Shown one piece after another: positions 54,667 through 64,000 of a DNA stretch of 64,000 bases (within the stretch, counting starts at the first letter, position 1; each line of letters opens with the position of its first letter). The position numbers were made by a program, and so were the translations under genes. Where the stretch lies: NCBI GenBank assembly GCA_965223855.1, contig CBDCXM010000009.1, positions 384,001 to 448,000 of the forward strand, read 5' to 3'. The DNA is from Candidatus Multivoradales bacterium. GTDB taxonomy: Bacteria > Acidobacteriota > Thermoanaerobaculia > Multivoradales > JAHEKO01. Below the pieces are notes generated by a model. That model was not told where the DNA came from and did not search any database. It saw only the letters and a program-made list of their open reading frames with translations.

Positions 54667-55482
54667 TCAGCGCGTGACCGGCGACAGAAGCTCGGGCTGC
54701 GTCACCAGCTCCCGTACACCGTGGGCCTGGTCCTCTTCGAACACGTTGCCCTCGCACCAGCGCGCGAGCGAGTTGATGTCGAGCTTCGCGCACGCGGGAC
54801 GCACGCTCCACGACACCTGGAGCGGTGAGCAGGCCTCCTCGGTGTACTTCGGCCCGGTCGTCGAGCCTAGGAATCTCGCCGGAGTCCCGGTGCCGGTCGG
54901 CAGCGCCTTCGGCTGGGAGTAGCCGTCGACCTTGCCCTCGGCCTCGATGAAGTCCGCGAGGTCGAGCGCGTCGCTGTCGTTGACGAGCACGAAGACCTGC
55001 GCCTCGACTCTCAGGTTCGGGTTGGCGCACGAGTCGCTGAGGCAGGAACCGAGACCGGCACCCGGCGCGACGTCGCACGACGAGAAGACCCAGTGGAACT
55101 CCACCGTGTCGCCCGGCTTCATGCCGTTGCAGACCTCGCCGGCCGGCGCCGCGAGCTCCGCCGCCGACAGCTCGCTCGTCATGTTGCACTGGTAACCGCC
55201 TCCGACCCCTTCGACGCCCTCACCGGCGTAGATCGAGTAGTCGGCCGCCTTGTGTTCGGCGTTGTTGTGGAAGTGCAGGTTGCACAGGTTGAGCTGCGAC
55301 GACTCCGGCGCCATCGAGAAGACGCGCCCGTTGAGACCTTCGACCTGATCGATGTCTCGAGGCGTCTGTGGGCCGAAGCCCTGACAGTAGCTCGCCTCTT
55401 CGTGGTCGCTCGCGGAAACGGCACCCGGGGCGATCGCCAAGGCAAGTACGGCTGCAAGAGCAAGAAACTTCTTCGTCTTCAC
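54667..55482 (-). CDS. Secreted delta-class carbonic anhydrase (TWCA1-like)
   Basis: AGGAGG RBS and GTG at 55482; signal peptide; GPQTPRDI, LCNLHFHNNAEHK, GDTVEFHWVFSSC, GSTTGP, CSPLQVSWSV. Confidence 0.85.
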   Translation of the reverse strand: MKTKKFLALAAVLALAIAPGAVSASDHEEASYCQGFGPQTPRDIDQVEGLNGRVFSMAPESSQLNLCNLHFHNNAEHKAADYSIYAGEGVEGVGGGYQCNMTSELSAAELAAPAGEVCNGMKPGDTVEFHWVFSSCDVAPGAGLGSCLSDSCANPNLRVEAQVFVLVNDSDALDLADFIEAEGKVDGYSQPKALPTGTGTPARFLGSTTGPKYTEEACSPLQVSWSVRPACAKLDINSLARWCEGNVFEEDQAHGVRELVTQPELLSPVTR

Positions 55483-55691
55483 GGGTTTTCCTCCTGATGG
55501 CTGAATGTTGATTGGATGCACATCTACCCTCCCCGGCGCGACGACCGGGCTCTGCGTCACTGAATGTGTGCTGGATGTACCTCTACCCGGCCCGACATGA
55601 AGCCGGGCAGGCTTTCCTCTACCTGACTCTTCGCAAGTGACCTCGAATCGGTTGCAGCCGGGCCGGTCACCCGCCGTGCTAGCTTTCGATC

Positions 55692-56309
55692 ATGCCCTCG
55701 CCTCCCGGTTCGTCAGGTTCCAGGTCTTCGCTTCCAGAGCCCCTGGAGACCGAGCGGCTCGTGCTCCGGATTCCGCGCGAGTCCGACCTCGACGACTGGG
55801 CCGCTCAGATGGCCCATCCGGAAGCGATGCGATTCCTCGGCGGGCCCCAGGGCCGGGCGGCGGCGTGGCGGCACATGGCGACGATGGTCGGCGGCTGGCA
55901 CCTCAGGGGGTGCGGCTTCTTCTCGGTCCTCGAGAAGGCGACCGGCCGCTGGGTAGGGCGCGTCGGAGCATGGTTCCCGGAGGGCTGGCCGGGCACCGAA
56001 GTCGGCTGGGGGATCTCAGCCGAGGTTCAGCGCCGCGGCTACGCCACCGAGGCGGCCGCCGCCTGCATCGACTGGGCCTTCGAGGCGCTCGGCTGGACCG
56101 AGGTCATCCACTGCATCGACGCCGAGAACCTCCCCTCGATCCGCGTCGCCACCAAGCTCGGCTCGCGCAAGATCGGGCACGAGCCGAATCTCCAGCCTTT
56201 CGGAACGTCGGCCGACATCTACGGGCAGACGCGGGAGGAGTGGGCCGTCCATCGCACGACTCTTCTTGCAGCCCGAGACGCCGGGGACCGCGGTACGCAG
56301 AGCGAGTAG
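55692..56309 (+). CDS. GNAT acetyltransferase (RimJ/RimL family)
   Basis: LETERLVLR, EVGWGI, QRRGYATEAA, NLPSIRVATKLG. Confidence 0.9.
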   Translation: MPSPPGSSGSRSSLPEPLETERLVLRIPRESDLDDWAAQMAHPEAMRFLGGPQGRAAAWRHMATMVGGWHLRGCGFFSVLEKATGRWVGRVGAWFPEGWPGTEVGWGISAEVQRRGYATEAAAACIDWAFEALGWTEVIHCIDAENLPSIRVATKLGSRKIGHEPNLQPFGTSADIYGQTREEWAVHRTTLLAARDAGDRGTQSE

Positions 56310-56394
56310 ACTCGCTTGCACCCCTTGTCGTAGAGCGCCTCGCGCAGCCTTGCTGCCGAGGCGTACAAGTCGTCGGCTTCTCCGGGTTTCCTCC

Positions 56395-59307
56395 GTGATC
56401 GAGCGTCGCGTCCTTCACTTCCGCCTGCTGCACCGACTCGGCGCGGGCGGCATGGGCGTCGTGTTCGAGGCGTTCGACGAGAAGCTGCGCCGAGAGGTGG
56501 CACTCAAATTCCTCGCGCCCGCGCTCTTCGAGGACGAAGAGGCGAAGCGGCGGCTGCTCGCCGAGGCGCGGGCCGCGGCCGGCCTCGACCACCCGTCGAT
56601 CTGCACGATCTACGAGATCGGCGAGACCGAAGACGACGGTCTCTTCATCGCCATGGCTCTCTATCGAGGTGAGGGGCTCGACGAGAGGCTGAAGAAGGGA
56701 CCGCTGCCGATGCGGCAGGCGCTCGGTATCGCCCGGGAGGTGGCGGCCGGGCTCGCCCACGCGCACGGCAGGGGGGTGATCCATCGCGACATCAAGCCTT
56801 CAAACATCCTCCTCGCCGAGGACGGCGGGGTACGAATTCTCGACTTCGGGCTCGCTCGCAGCATCGACGAGGAACGGCTCACCCGTGACGGCCGGATCCT
56901 CGGCACCGTCTCCTACATGTCGCCGGAACAGGTCCGCGGGGCGGCGTCGATCGACCATCGCACCGACCTCTGGTCGCTCGGCTGCCTCCTCTCCGAAATG
57001 CTGGAGGGGGCCGCACCGTTCTCGGCACCGTCGCTGCCGGCGATCGCCGATCGGATCCTGAGAGCCGAGCCTCGGCTTCCCTCCCACCCTCCGTTCGTTC
57101 GCGAGCTCCTGGCGCGCTGCCTCGCCAAGGAGCCCGACGCGAGGCCCGCGACGGCAGAAGCGGTCGCAGCCGCCCTCGATCCGCACGCCGCAGCCCCGAT
57201 CGACGACGAGACCCTGACGGCGGAGATGCCCACAGAGGCCCTGACCGGGAATCCGCCTGCAGAGAGCGACCCGCAGAGGTCTCGTCTCCTGCGACGCCCG
57301 CTGACCTGGGTGGCTCTAGCGTTGCTGGCTGTCGCTGCAGCGGCTCTCCTCTGGCGGCAGAAGAGGGAAGGGGAGCATCGACAGGAGCGGATCTCCGAGC
57401 TCGAGGCCTTCGTCGAGAGCGAGAACTTCGGGGCAGCCTGGGAGCTGCTCGAGGACTTCTCGTCGCCGGATGGAGCGAGCGCCGGAGTCGACGCACTCCG
57501 CACACGGATCGTGCAGGAGGCAAGAATCGACACCGATCCCACCGGCGCGCGGATCGCTTTCCAGCCCTACACGAGCCGGAAGGGTTGGCGGCCGCTCGGA
57601 ACGACGCCCCTCGAGGCCGAGCTGCCGAAAGTGCCTCTGCGTTTCCGCATCGACGGTTCCGGCGGGAGCCGGTTGGAAGTGGCCGCGTCGATCGGTGAGG
57701 CCGCTAGCTGGGCGCTACCGGACGAGCCCGCCCCGGACGGCGCGGTGTGGATTCCCGCCGGCTCCGCCTCGACCCACTGGTTCGCACCCACCCTGATCGC
57801 GGCCGAGGTCGAGGTCCCCGCCTTCTTCATCGACAGCTTCGAGATCTCGAACGCCGAGTATCAGCAGTTCGTCGACGCCGGCGGCTACGGCGAGCCGGGC
57901 TACTGGCCTCCTCTGATCAGAGACGGCGCGACCGTCGCCTGGGAGGAGGGAATCCGGTCGTTCGTCGATCAGACCGGTCGGCCGGGCCCTGCCGGCTGGC
58001 AGGCGGGGCGACACGGGGATGGAGACGGGGCGCTGCCCGTGACAGGCATCTCGTGGTTCGAGGCGCACGCCTTCGCCACCTGGCAGGGTCGCCGCCTGCC
58101 CACCCTTCACGAGTGGCTGCGGGCGGCGGAACTCTCCACCCGGGCCTTCGTCGCTCCAGCGAGCAACTTCGGCGACTCGCTGCTTCCGCGCGACGAGGAG
58201 CGCGGGATCGGCGCGTGGGGGACGCGAGATCTCGCCGGCAACGCCAAGGAGTGGTCGGCCACGCCGACCCTCGCAGGCGAGCGGCTGCTGCTGGGCGGCT
58301 CGTGGTCCGAACCTTCGTACAACTACTTCGCCACCTTCGACGTCCGTTCTCCCTGGGACCGCGATGACGACTTCGGCTTCCGTACCGTGGTGGGAAAGGA
58401 CGGGGAGACCGCGATGCCGGTCGAAGTCAGGCCGGTCCCACCTCCGCCACCGCCGATGGGCGACGAGGCGTTCGAAGTCGTGCGCAGGTTCTTCGACTAC
58501 GAGCGCCGCCCGCTGGAGGTCGAGGCAGGCGACGTCACCGTGAAGGGCGACTGGAAACTCGAGCGCGTCACGATCGACGCCGGCCACGCCGACGAACGAC
58601 TGCCGCTCCTGGTCTTCACACCCGAGGACGCACCCGAAGGGCGTCTGCCGGCCGTGGTGCTCGCCCCGGGCTTGAACGCCGTTCGGGCCAGGAGCAGTGA
58701 GCAGATCGAAGATCTCGTGAGTTTCGATGCCGTCGACTTCCTGATCGCAGGGGGTCGAGTCGTCGTCATACCTGTCTTCCTCGGGAGCTACGAGCGTGAG
58801 AGCGACCTCCAGGCCGACCTCCTCGAGCCGACGGTCCTCCGCGATCACGCCATCGCCTGGGTGAAGGAGACGCGACGCACCATCGACTACCTGGAGACGC
58901 GAAACGACGTCGATGCCGAGCGCATCGCCTTCTACGGCAGCAGCGTGGGAGCCTGCCTGTCTCCCCTCTTCCTCGCAATTGAGCCGAGGTTCGGCGCCGG
59001 CCTGCTTCGGCTCGGGGGACTCTTCCCGGGCGAGGTGATCGCAGAAGAGGCGGCACCCCGGCATTTCGCTCCGCGAGTCCGGGTACCGATCCTCCTGCTC
59101 AACGGGCGCTACGACTCTCTGCTGCCGTTCGAATCGTCCCAGCAGCCATTCTTCGAGCTGCTGGGCACACCCGAAGATCGCAAGCGGCTCGTCCTCTTCG
59201 ACGTCGGGCACTCGGCGCCACGACCGCGCAACCGTGCCATTCGAGAGACGCTCGACTTCCTCGACGAAGTGTTCGGCCCCGTCGCGTCCTCCGTACCCCG
59301 AGGCTGA
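56395..59307 (+). CDS. Ser/Thr kinase - TM - FGE/SUMF1-like - alpha/beta hydrolase fusion
   Basis: LGAGGMGVV, VALK, HRDIKPSN, DFG, YMSPE; TM; FEISNAEY, RLPTLHEW, GNAKEW, GFR; YGSSVG, GRYD, VGH. Confidence 0.9.
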   Translation: MIERRVLHFRLLHRLGAGGMGVVFEAFDEKLRREVALKFLAPALFEDEEAKRRLLAEARAAAGLDHPSICTIYEIGETEDDGLFIAMALYRGEGLDERLKKGPLPMRQALGIAREVAAGLAHAHGRGVIHRDIKPSNILLAEDGGVRILDFGLARSIDEERLTRDGRILGTVSYMSPEQVRGAASIDHRTDLWSLGCLLSEMLEGAAPFSAPSLPAIADRILRAEPRLPSHPPFVRELLARCLAKEPDARPATAEAVAAALDPHAAAPIDDETLTAEMPTEALTGNPPAESDPQRSRLLRRPLTWVALALLAVAAAALLWRQKREGEHRQERISELEAFVESENFGAAWELLEDFSSPDGASAGVDALRTRIVQEARIDTDPTGARIAFQPYTSRKGWRPLGTTPLEAELPKVPLRFRIDGSGGSRLEVAASIGEAASWALPDEPAPDGAVWIPAGSASTHWFAPTLIAAEVEVPAFFIDSFEISNAEYQQFVDAGGYGEPGYWPPLIRDGATVAWEEGIRSFVDQTGRPGPAGWQAGRHGDGDGALPVTGISWFEAHAFATWQGRRLPTLHEWLRAAELSTRAFVAPASNFGDSLLPRDEERGIGAWGTRDLAGNAKEWSATPTLAGERLLLGGSWSEPSYNYFATFDVRSPWDRDDDFGFRTVVGKDGETAMPVEVRPVPPPPPPMGDEAFEVVRRFFDYERRPLEVEAGDVTVKGDWKLERVTIDAGHADERLPLLVFTPEDAPEGRLPAVVLAPGLNAVRARSSEQIEDLVSFDAVDFLIAGGRVVVIPVFLGSYERESDLQADLLEPTVLRDHAIAWVKETRRTIDYLETRNDVDAERIAFYGSSVGACLSPLFLAIEPRFGAGLLRLGGLFPGEVIAEEAAPRHFAPRVRVPILLLNGRYDSLLPFESSQQPFFELLGTPEDRKRLVLFDVGHSAPRPRNRAIRETLDFLDEVFGPVASSVPRG

Positions 59308-59350
59308 CGACGGTCCCGACCCCTTCCGTATCGGGCATTCGTCGACCCCG

Positions 59351-60271
59351 ATGATGGTTGAAGACGGCATGCCCGCCGAAGCGCTGCGACCCGATGACCC
59401 GCCATTGCGAGAGACGCTGTTCTGCGACGCGGATCTCAAAGTGGGCCTCTTTCGGGCCTGCCCGCAGCATCCGCGGTTTCGCGACTCGGGTCCCGCGCGC
59501 CATCACGTGTTCGTCTTCCCCCGGTCGGCGGTCTGGATCAAGCACCCTTCCACTCCGGCCTTCGTCGCCGACGCCAACGTCGCCACCCTCTACAACCGAG
59601 GCCGGCGCTACCGTCGCGAAGCGATCGATCCGCGAGGAGATCGGTCGCTGTGGTTCGCTCCCTCGGAGCGGCGGCTGGCGGAGACGTTCGAGGAGCTGGA
59701 AGTGCCGTGGCGACACGACACTCCCTTTCGCCGGCACGCGCGAAGGGTCGGCGCCCGGGCCTATGCCCTGCAGGCCGCCCTCGCCCGCTACCTGCGCAGC
59801 TCCACCAGCGTCGATCCTCTGGCTGTCGAGGAGACGGCCCTCACCCTGCTCGAGCACCTGATTGCGGACCGGGGCAAAGAGGCGTCGAGCTCGCCGCCGA
59901 GGCGGCATCGGGACCTCGCCGAGGCGGCGCGGTGCGTGATCGACCGCCGATTCGACGAGCGGCTCTCCCTCGGCGCACTCGCCCGCCTCGTGGGCTGCTC
60001 GCCGTCGCACCTGTGCCGGGTCTTCCGTGCCACGGCCGGTCGGTCGATTCACTCCTACCGCGACCAGATCCGGCTGCGCGAGGCGCTCCACCGCCTCGAA
60101 CTCACGGAGACACCGCTGACGGAGCTCGCTCTCGATCTCGGCTACGACAGCCACAGTCACTTCACGGCCCGCTTCAGCGCCGCGTTCGGTGTGCCGCCGT
60201 CGAGCTTCCGTTCGCTGCCGTACGAGGTCTTGCACCACCGCCTGGGCCGACCGCGCCGAGCACGATCCTGA
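59351..60271 (+). CDS. AraC family transcriptional regulator
   Basis: LARLVGCSPSHLCRVF and LALDLGYDSHSHFTARFSAAFGVPPS; start approximate. Confidence 0.9.
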   Translation: MMVEDGMPAEALRPDDPPLRETLFCDADLKVGLFRACPQHPRFRDSGPARHHVFVFPRSAVWIKHPSTPAFVADANVATLYNRGRRYRREAIDPRGDRSLWFAPSERRLAETFEELEVPWRHDTPFRRHARRVGARAYALQAALARYLRSSTSVDPLAVEETALTLLEHLIADRGKEASSSPPRRHRDLAEAARCVIDRRFDERLSLGALARLVGCSPSHLCRVFRATAGRSIHSYRDQIRLREALHRLELTETPLTELALDLGYDSHSHFTARFSAAFGVPPSSFRSLPYEVLHHRLGRPRRARS

Positions 60272-60343
60272 TAGCCGCGGGGCGACAGCGGGTCTAGTGT
60301 TTCGGGAACATCACGAAGACTCCCTCGAACCGGAGGTCGAACC

Positions 60344-60868
60344 ATGACTCGCCATCCAGCTCCCACCCTTTGCGCCCTTCTCGTCGCCCTGATGGCGGCT
60401 TCCAGCGTCGCCGCCCAGACAGCCGCGCCCCCAGCGGGCTGCGAGGACGCCGTCCATCGCCAGTTCGATTTCTGGGCCGGCCAATGGGCGGTCACGGGCG
60501 CCGCCAACGGCAATGTCGCCGGCTCCAACACGATCGAGATCATCCTCGGCGGCTGCGTGCTGCAGGAGAACTGGTCGGGCGCGGGCGGCACCGACGGCAA
60601 GAGCTTCAACTACTTCGACGACGGCCAATGGCGGCAGCTGTGGCTCGACTCCTCGGGCAACGCGCTCGAGCTGGCGGGCAACCTCGAAGAGGGCTCGATG
60701 GTGCTGCGGGGCGAAAGCCCCGCACGCGACGGTGGCACGGCGCAGCACGAGATCCGCTACGAACCGCGCGAAGACGGCACGGTGCGTCAGACCTGGCGCG
60801 CCTCACGCGACGGCGGGAAGAACTGGAACGTGCTCTTCGACGGCATCTACACGCGGGTCGGCGACTAG
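60344..60868 (+). CDS. Secreted DUF1579-like protein
   Basis: GGAGG RBS, signal peptide, RQFDFWAGQW, GCVLQENW, SRDGGKNW...FDGIYTR. Confidence 0.8.
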   Translation: MTRHPAPTLCALLVALMAASSVAAQTAAPPAGCEDAVHRQFDFWAGQWAVTGAANGNVAGSNTIEIILGGCVLQENWSGAGGTDGKSFNYFDDGQWRQLWLDSSGNALELAGNLEEGSMVLRGESPARDGGTAQHEIRYEPREDGTVRQTWRASRDGGKNWNVLFDGIYTRVGD

Positions 60869-60970
60869 GCGGCTCGCCATCGCGCGCCCGGCCGCGGCGT
60901 CTCGGGAGGGGCCGGTGTCGTGAACTGCCCCATAGTCCGCGACCGACAGGGGAGGTAGAACGGATGGGCG

Positions 60971-63900
60971 ATGGAGCGATGGCGCCCTTCCTTCCTGCTC
61001 ACCGTGGCGCTTGCGGGCGCCGTGGCGGTCGGTGCCCAGCCGCCGACCTTCGAGCACGTCGTCATCGACGCCGACAACCCTGACGACCCGCACTGCAAGA
61101 CCCTCGGCGACATCGACGGCGACGGCCTCCTCGACGCGATCGTCGCGAGCTCGTCGGGCGACGGGATGTACTGGTACGAGTATCCCGCCTGGACCCGGCA
61201 CACGATTCGCGCCGCCGGCTCGTGGACGACCGACATGCAGGCCGGAGACGTCGACGACGACGGCGATCTCGATCTGGTGATCCCAGACTCCGCAGCGCTC
61301 AGGTGGTACGAGAACCCTCGCCCCGGCGGTGACCCGCGCACCGACCCGTGGATCGAGCACACGATCGGCGCGTCGGGAGCCGACAACCACGACGTCGAGA
61401 TCGGTGATGTCGACGACGACGGCGACCTAGACGTCGTCTCGCGGCGCAAGAACGGCCAGGGGACCTGGTTCTGGCGCCAGGCGACGCCGACCTCATGGTC
61501 CCGGATCACCGTCTCACTCGAGCACGGCGAGGGGGTCGGGCTGGGCGACCTCGACGGCGACGGTGATCTCGACGTCGCCCAGAACGGCTTCTGGAGTGAA
61601 CAGCTCTCGCCGACGAGCTGGGTCGACCACACGTTCGACACCAACTGGCCGCACGACGTCGGCGTCCTGATGGCGCACGTCGACGGCAACTCGAGTCTCG
61701 ACATCGTGATCGGCCCTTCCGAGAGCTCGGGCCGCCTCTCCTGGTACGAGGCGAGCGACCCGGTCAACGGACCGTGGACCGAACACTCGATCGACCCGAG
61801 CGTCTCCTTCCTCCACACCTTCAAGGCGGCCGACATGGACGGCGACGGAGACCTCGACCTCGTCACCGCCGAGATGCATCAGTCCTCCGACCCGGACGAG
61901 GTGAGCGTCTATCTCAACGACGGCGACGGCCTCGGCTGGAGCCAGCTCGTCGTCGCTCAGACCGGCTCTCACAACGTCCGGGTCGGCGACGTCGGCAACG
62001 ACGGCGACCTGGATATCTTCGGCGCCAACTGGAGCGACAGCGCCCCCAACTCGGCGATCGTCGAGCTGTGGGAGAACCAGAGCGGCCCGCTGCCACTCGA
62101 CCTTTGGCAGCGCCACGTCGTCGAGAGCTCGATGCCGTGGCAGGCGGTCTTCGTCGACGGTCGCGACGTCAACGGCGACGCCCGGCCGGACATCGTCACG
62201 GGTGGCTGGTGGTACCCGAACCCCGGCGACCTCGGCGGCTCCTGGACCCGCACCCCGATCGGCACCGGGCTCGACAACATGGCGGTCGTCCACGACTTCG
62301 ACGGCGACGGTGACCTCGACATCCTCGGCACCGACGGTCGCCCGTCGGGCGAGGACTTCAGCTGGGCCGACAACGACGGTAGCGGCGGCTTCACGGTGCG
62401 CGGGATCACCCATCCGTCCCACGGCGGCGACTTCCTTCAGGGGGCGAGCGCCGGCCAGGTGGTAGCGGGCGCCGCCACCGAGGTGGTGCTGTCGTGGCAC
62501 AACGGCGGCTCCGGCACGGCGATGTTCACGGTGCCCGCCGACCCGACGACCGCGGCGTGGCCGCTCGCGGTGATCAGCGCCACCACCAATCAGGAGGCGG
62601 TGCCGATCGGTGACGTCGACGGTGACGAGGACATCGACATCCACCTCGGCAGCCAGTGGCTGCGACAGGGCGCCGGCGGCGGCTTCGCGACCCGTCCGGG
62701 AGTGCCGCTCTCGGCCGGCGTTCCCGATCGGGTCGTGCTCGGCGACATCGACGGCGACGACGATCTCGACGTGGTGATCGGCGTCGAGTTCGCCGACCGG
62801 CTGGTGTGGGGCGAGAACCGCTCGAGCGGCGGCACCTGGGTCGAGCACGAGATCGCGACCGACTTCGACTACTTCAGCGTCGACACGGCCGACATCGACG
62901 GCGACGGCGACCTCGACGTCGTCGGTGGCGCGCACCTGGGCAACGGCGAGGTGACCGTCTACGAGAACGACGGCAGCGGCGGCGGCTGGACCGCGCACGT
63001 GGTCGACCCCGGAGACAACCCACAGATCGACCATCACGACGGCACCCGTCTCATCGACATGGACCTCGACGGCGATCTCGACATCCTCTCGATCGGCTGG
63101 AACCCGCGCAGCCTCGTCGTCTACGAGAACCTGGCGATCGACGGCGGCGGCGGCGACGTCACCGGCCCGCGCATCGCGGCGGTGCTGGCGGCGGGTGACC
63201 CGACACGGGTGCTCGTGGAGTTCGACGAGCCGGTCGATCCGGCGTCCTCTCAAACCGTCGGCAACTACGCGATCTCGGGCGGCGTCGCGATCTCGGCGGC
63301 CGATCGGCTCGCCAACCGCCGCGTCGTCGATCTCGCCACCTCGCCGCTCAGTGGCGGCCCCGGCTACACCCTGTCGGTCGACGACGTCGAGGACCTCGCC
63401 GGCAACCCGATCCTCCCCAACTCCGAGCACGCCTTCGACTTCGAGCCGATCTCGCCGACCGCCGGCCTCGTCGGCTACTGGCCGCTCGACGAGGGGGTCG
63501 GCACCATGACCGTCGACCGGTCCGGCAGCGGCCGCCACGGCGTGCTCGTCGGCGGTGCCGCCTGGGGCGCCGGCAGCGTGAGTCTCGACGGCATCGACGA
63601 CCACGTCGATCTGGGTGCCTTCGACGTCCCCTCCTCCGAGCTGACGATCGCCGCCTGGATCCACGCCGACGACCTCGACAACTGCAGCGCCAACGACTGC
63701 CGCGTTCTCTCCAAGGCGACCGGGACCGCCGAAGCCGACCACTACTTCATGCTCAGCACCATCGAGACCGGCGGCGAGACCCGGCTCCGGTTCCGCCTCA
63801 AGACCGGCGGCACGACGACGACCCTCGTCGCCTCTTCCGGCGCCCTCGTCGAGGGCCAGTGGATCCACGCCGCCGCGGTCTACGACGGCACAACCATGAG

Positions 63901-64000
63901 TCTCTACAAAGACGGCAACCTCGTCGGCTCCACCGGCAAAAGCGGCACGGTCACCGGCGCTCCCACCGTCCCGGTCTGGATCGGCGGCAACCCCCCCGAC
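60971..64000 (+). CDS. Large secreted FG-GAP/VCBS repeat protein with Ig-like and LamG domains, 3'-truncated (not in the ORF track)
   Basis: Manual translation MERWRPSFLLTVALAGAVAVGAQPP..., many GDxDGDGDLD repeats, VEFDEPVD Ig-like segment, LVGYWPLDEG...LTIAAWI...WIHAAAVYDG LamG; no stop before the edge. Confidence 0.88.
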   Translation, partial: MERWRPSFLLTVALAGAVAVGAQPPTFEHVVIDADNPDDPHCKTLGDIDGDGLLDAIVASSSGDGMYWYEYPAWTRHTIRAAGSWTTDMQAGDVDDDGDLDLVIPDSAALRWYENPRPGGDPRTDPWIEHTIGASGADNHDVEIGDVDDDGDLDVVSRRKNGQGTWFWRQATPTSWSRITVSLEHGEGVGLGDLDGDGDLDVAQNGFWSEQLSPTSWVDHTFDTNWPHDVGVLMAHVDGNSSLDIVIGPSESSGRLSWYEASDPVNGPWTEHSIDPSVSFLHTFKAADMDGDGDLDLVTAEMHQSSDPDEVSVYLNDGDGLGWSQLVVAQTGSHNVRVGDVGNDGDLDIFGANWSDSAPNSAIVELWENQSGPLPLDLWQRHVVESSMPWQAVFVDGRDVNGDARPDIVTGGWWYPNPGDLGGSWTRTPIGTGLDNMAVVHDFDGDGDLDILGTDGRPSGEDFSWADNDGSGGFTVRGITHPSHGGDFLQGASAGQVVAGAATEVVLSWHNGGSGTAMFTVPADPTTAAWPLAVISATTNQEAVPIGDVDGDEDIDIHLGSQWLRQGAGGGFATRPGVPLSAGVPDRVVLGDIDGDDDLDVVIGVEFADRLVWGENRSSGGTWVEHEIATDFDYFSVDTADIDGDGDLDVVGGAHLGNGEVTVYENDGSGGGWTAHVVDPGDNPQIDHHDGTRLIDMDLDGDLDILSIGWNPRSLVVYENLAIDGGGGDVTGPRIAAVLAAGDPTRVLVEFDEPVDPASSQTVGNYAISGGVAISAADRLANRRVVDLATSPLSGGPGYTLSVDDVEDLAGNPILPNSEHAFDFEPISPTAGLVGYWPLDEGVGTMTVDRSGSGRHGVLVGGAAWGAGSVSLDGIDDHVDLGAFDVPSSELTIAAWIHADDLDNCSANDCRVLSKATGTAEADHYFMLSTIETGGETRLRFRLKTGGTTTTLVASSGALVEGQWIHAAAVYDGTTMSLYKDGNLVGSTGKSGTVTGAPTVPVWIGGNPPD

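Noticed and set aside
61100-63100. Repeated GACGGCGACGGCGACCTCGAC-like units as a CRISPR or DNA repeat array
   Set aside because: They are degenerate, in-frame codons for FG-GAP DxDGDGDLD motifs, with irregular spacing and no cas genes.
526-63868. Many long antisense or alternate-frame ORFs (e.g. 526-1872 -, 14919-16796 -, 18514-21252 +, 26861-28882 -, 42465-44300 +, 44719-46986 -, 61514-63868 -)
   Set aside because: They overlap genes with clear family motifs, are Arg/Gly/Pro-rich or mirror-like, and are expected from stop-codon scarcity in high-GC DNA.

Overview
High-GC bacterial DNA (roughly 70% by eye). The gene content suggests Acidobacteriota, perhaps Thermoanaerobaculia-like; this is an inference. 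The window holds about 52 real genes, and most of the long ORFs in the track are antisense or frame shadows caused by high GC. The centrepiece is a ~32 kb cluster (5137-37507), almost all on the + strand. It has five PQQ-like beta-propeller proteins, an EhpF/GriC-like truncated adenylation enzyme, an EhpG/GriD-like acyl reductase and an Fe-alcohol dehydrogenase. It also has a HemN-like radical SAM enzyme, a TonB-dependent receptor, a flavin halogenase-like enzyme, a DUF3311+sodium:solute symporter pair, a CxxC-bearing GT4, a thioesterase and a LolD/FtsX-type ABC exporter. No core scaffold synthase is present, so it looks like an undescribed import-tailor-export pathway, possibly supplying a ligand or cofactor to the propellers. 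The griC-like and griD-like genes are separated by a ~7.9 kb defence block: an AbiEi/AbiEii type IV toxin-antitoxin pair with twin ACTAC-N9-GTAGT operators, plus type III restriction-modification res/mod. The right half carries a putative pore-former plus caspase-fold protease pair, a delta-class carbonic anhydrase, a kinase-FGE-hydrolase fusion, an unannotated 36-aa Cys/Gly membrane peptide and a 3'-truncated FG-GAP/LamG surface protein. A MITE-like element lies near the left end, and several genes appear to be leaderless. I saw no rRNA, tRNA, CRISPR array, integrase or transposase. All family calls come from motif recognition, not database searches.
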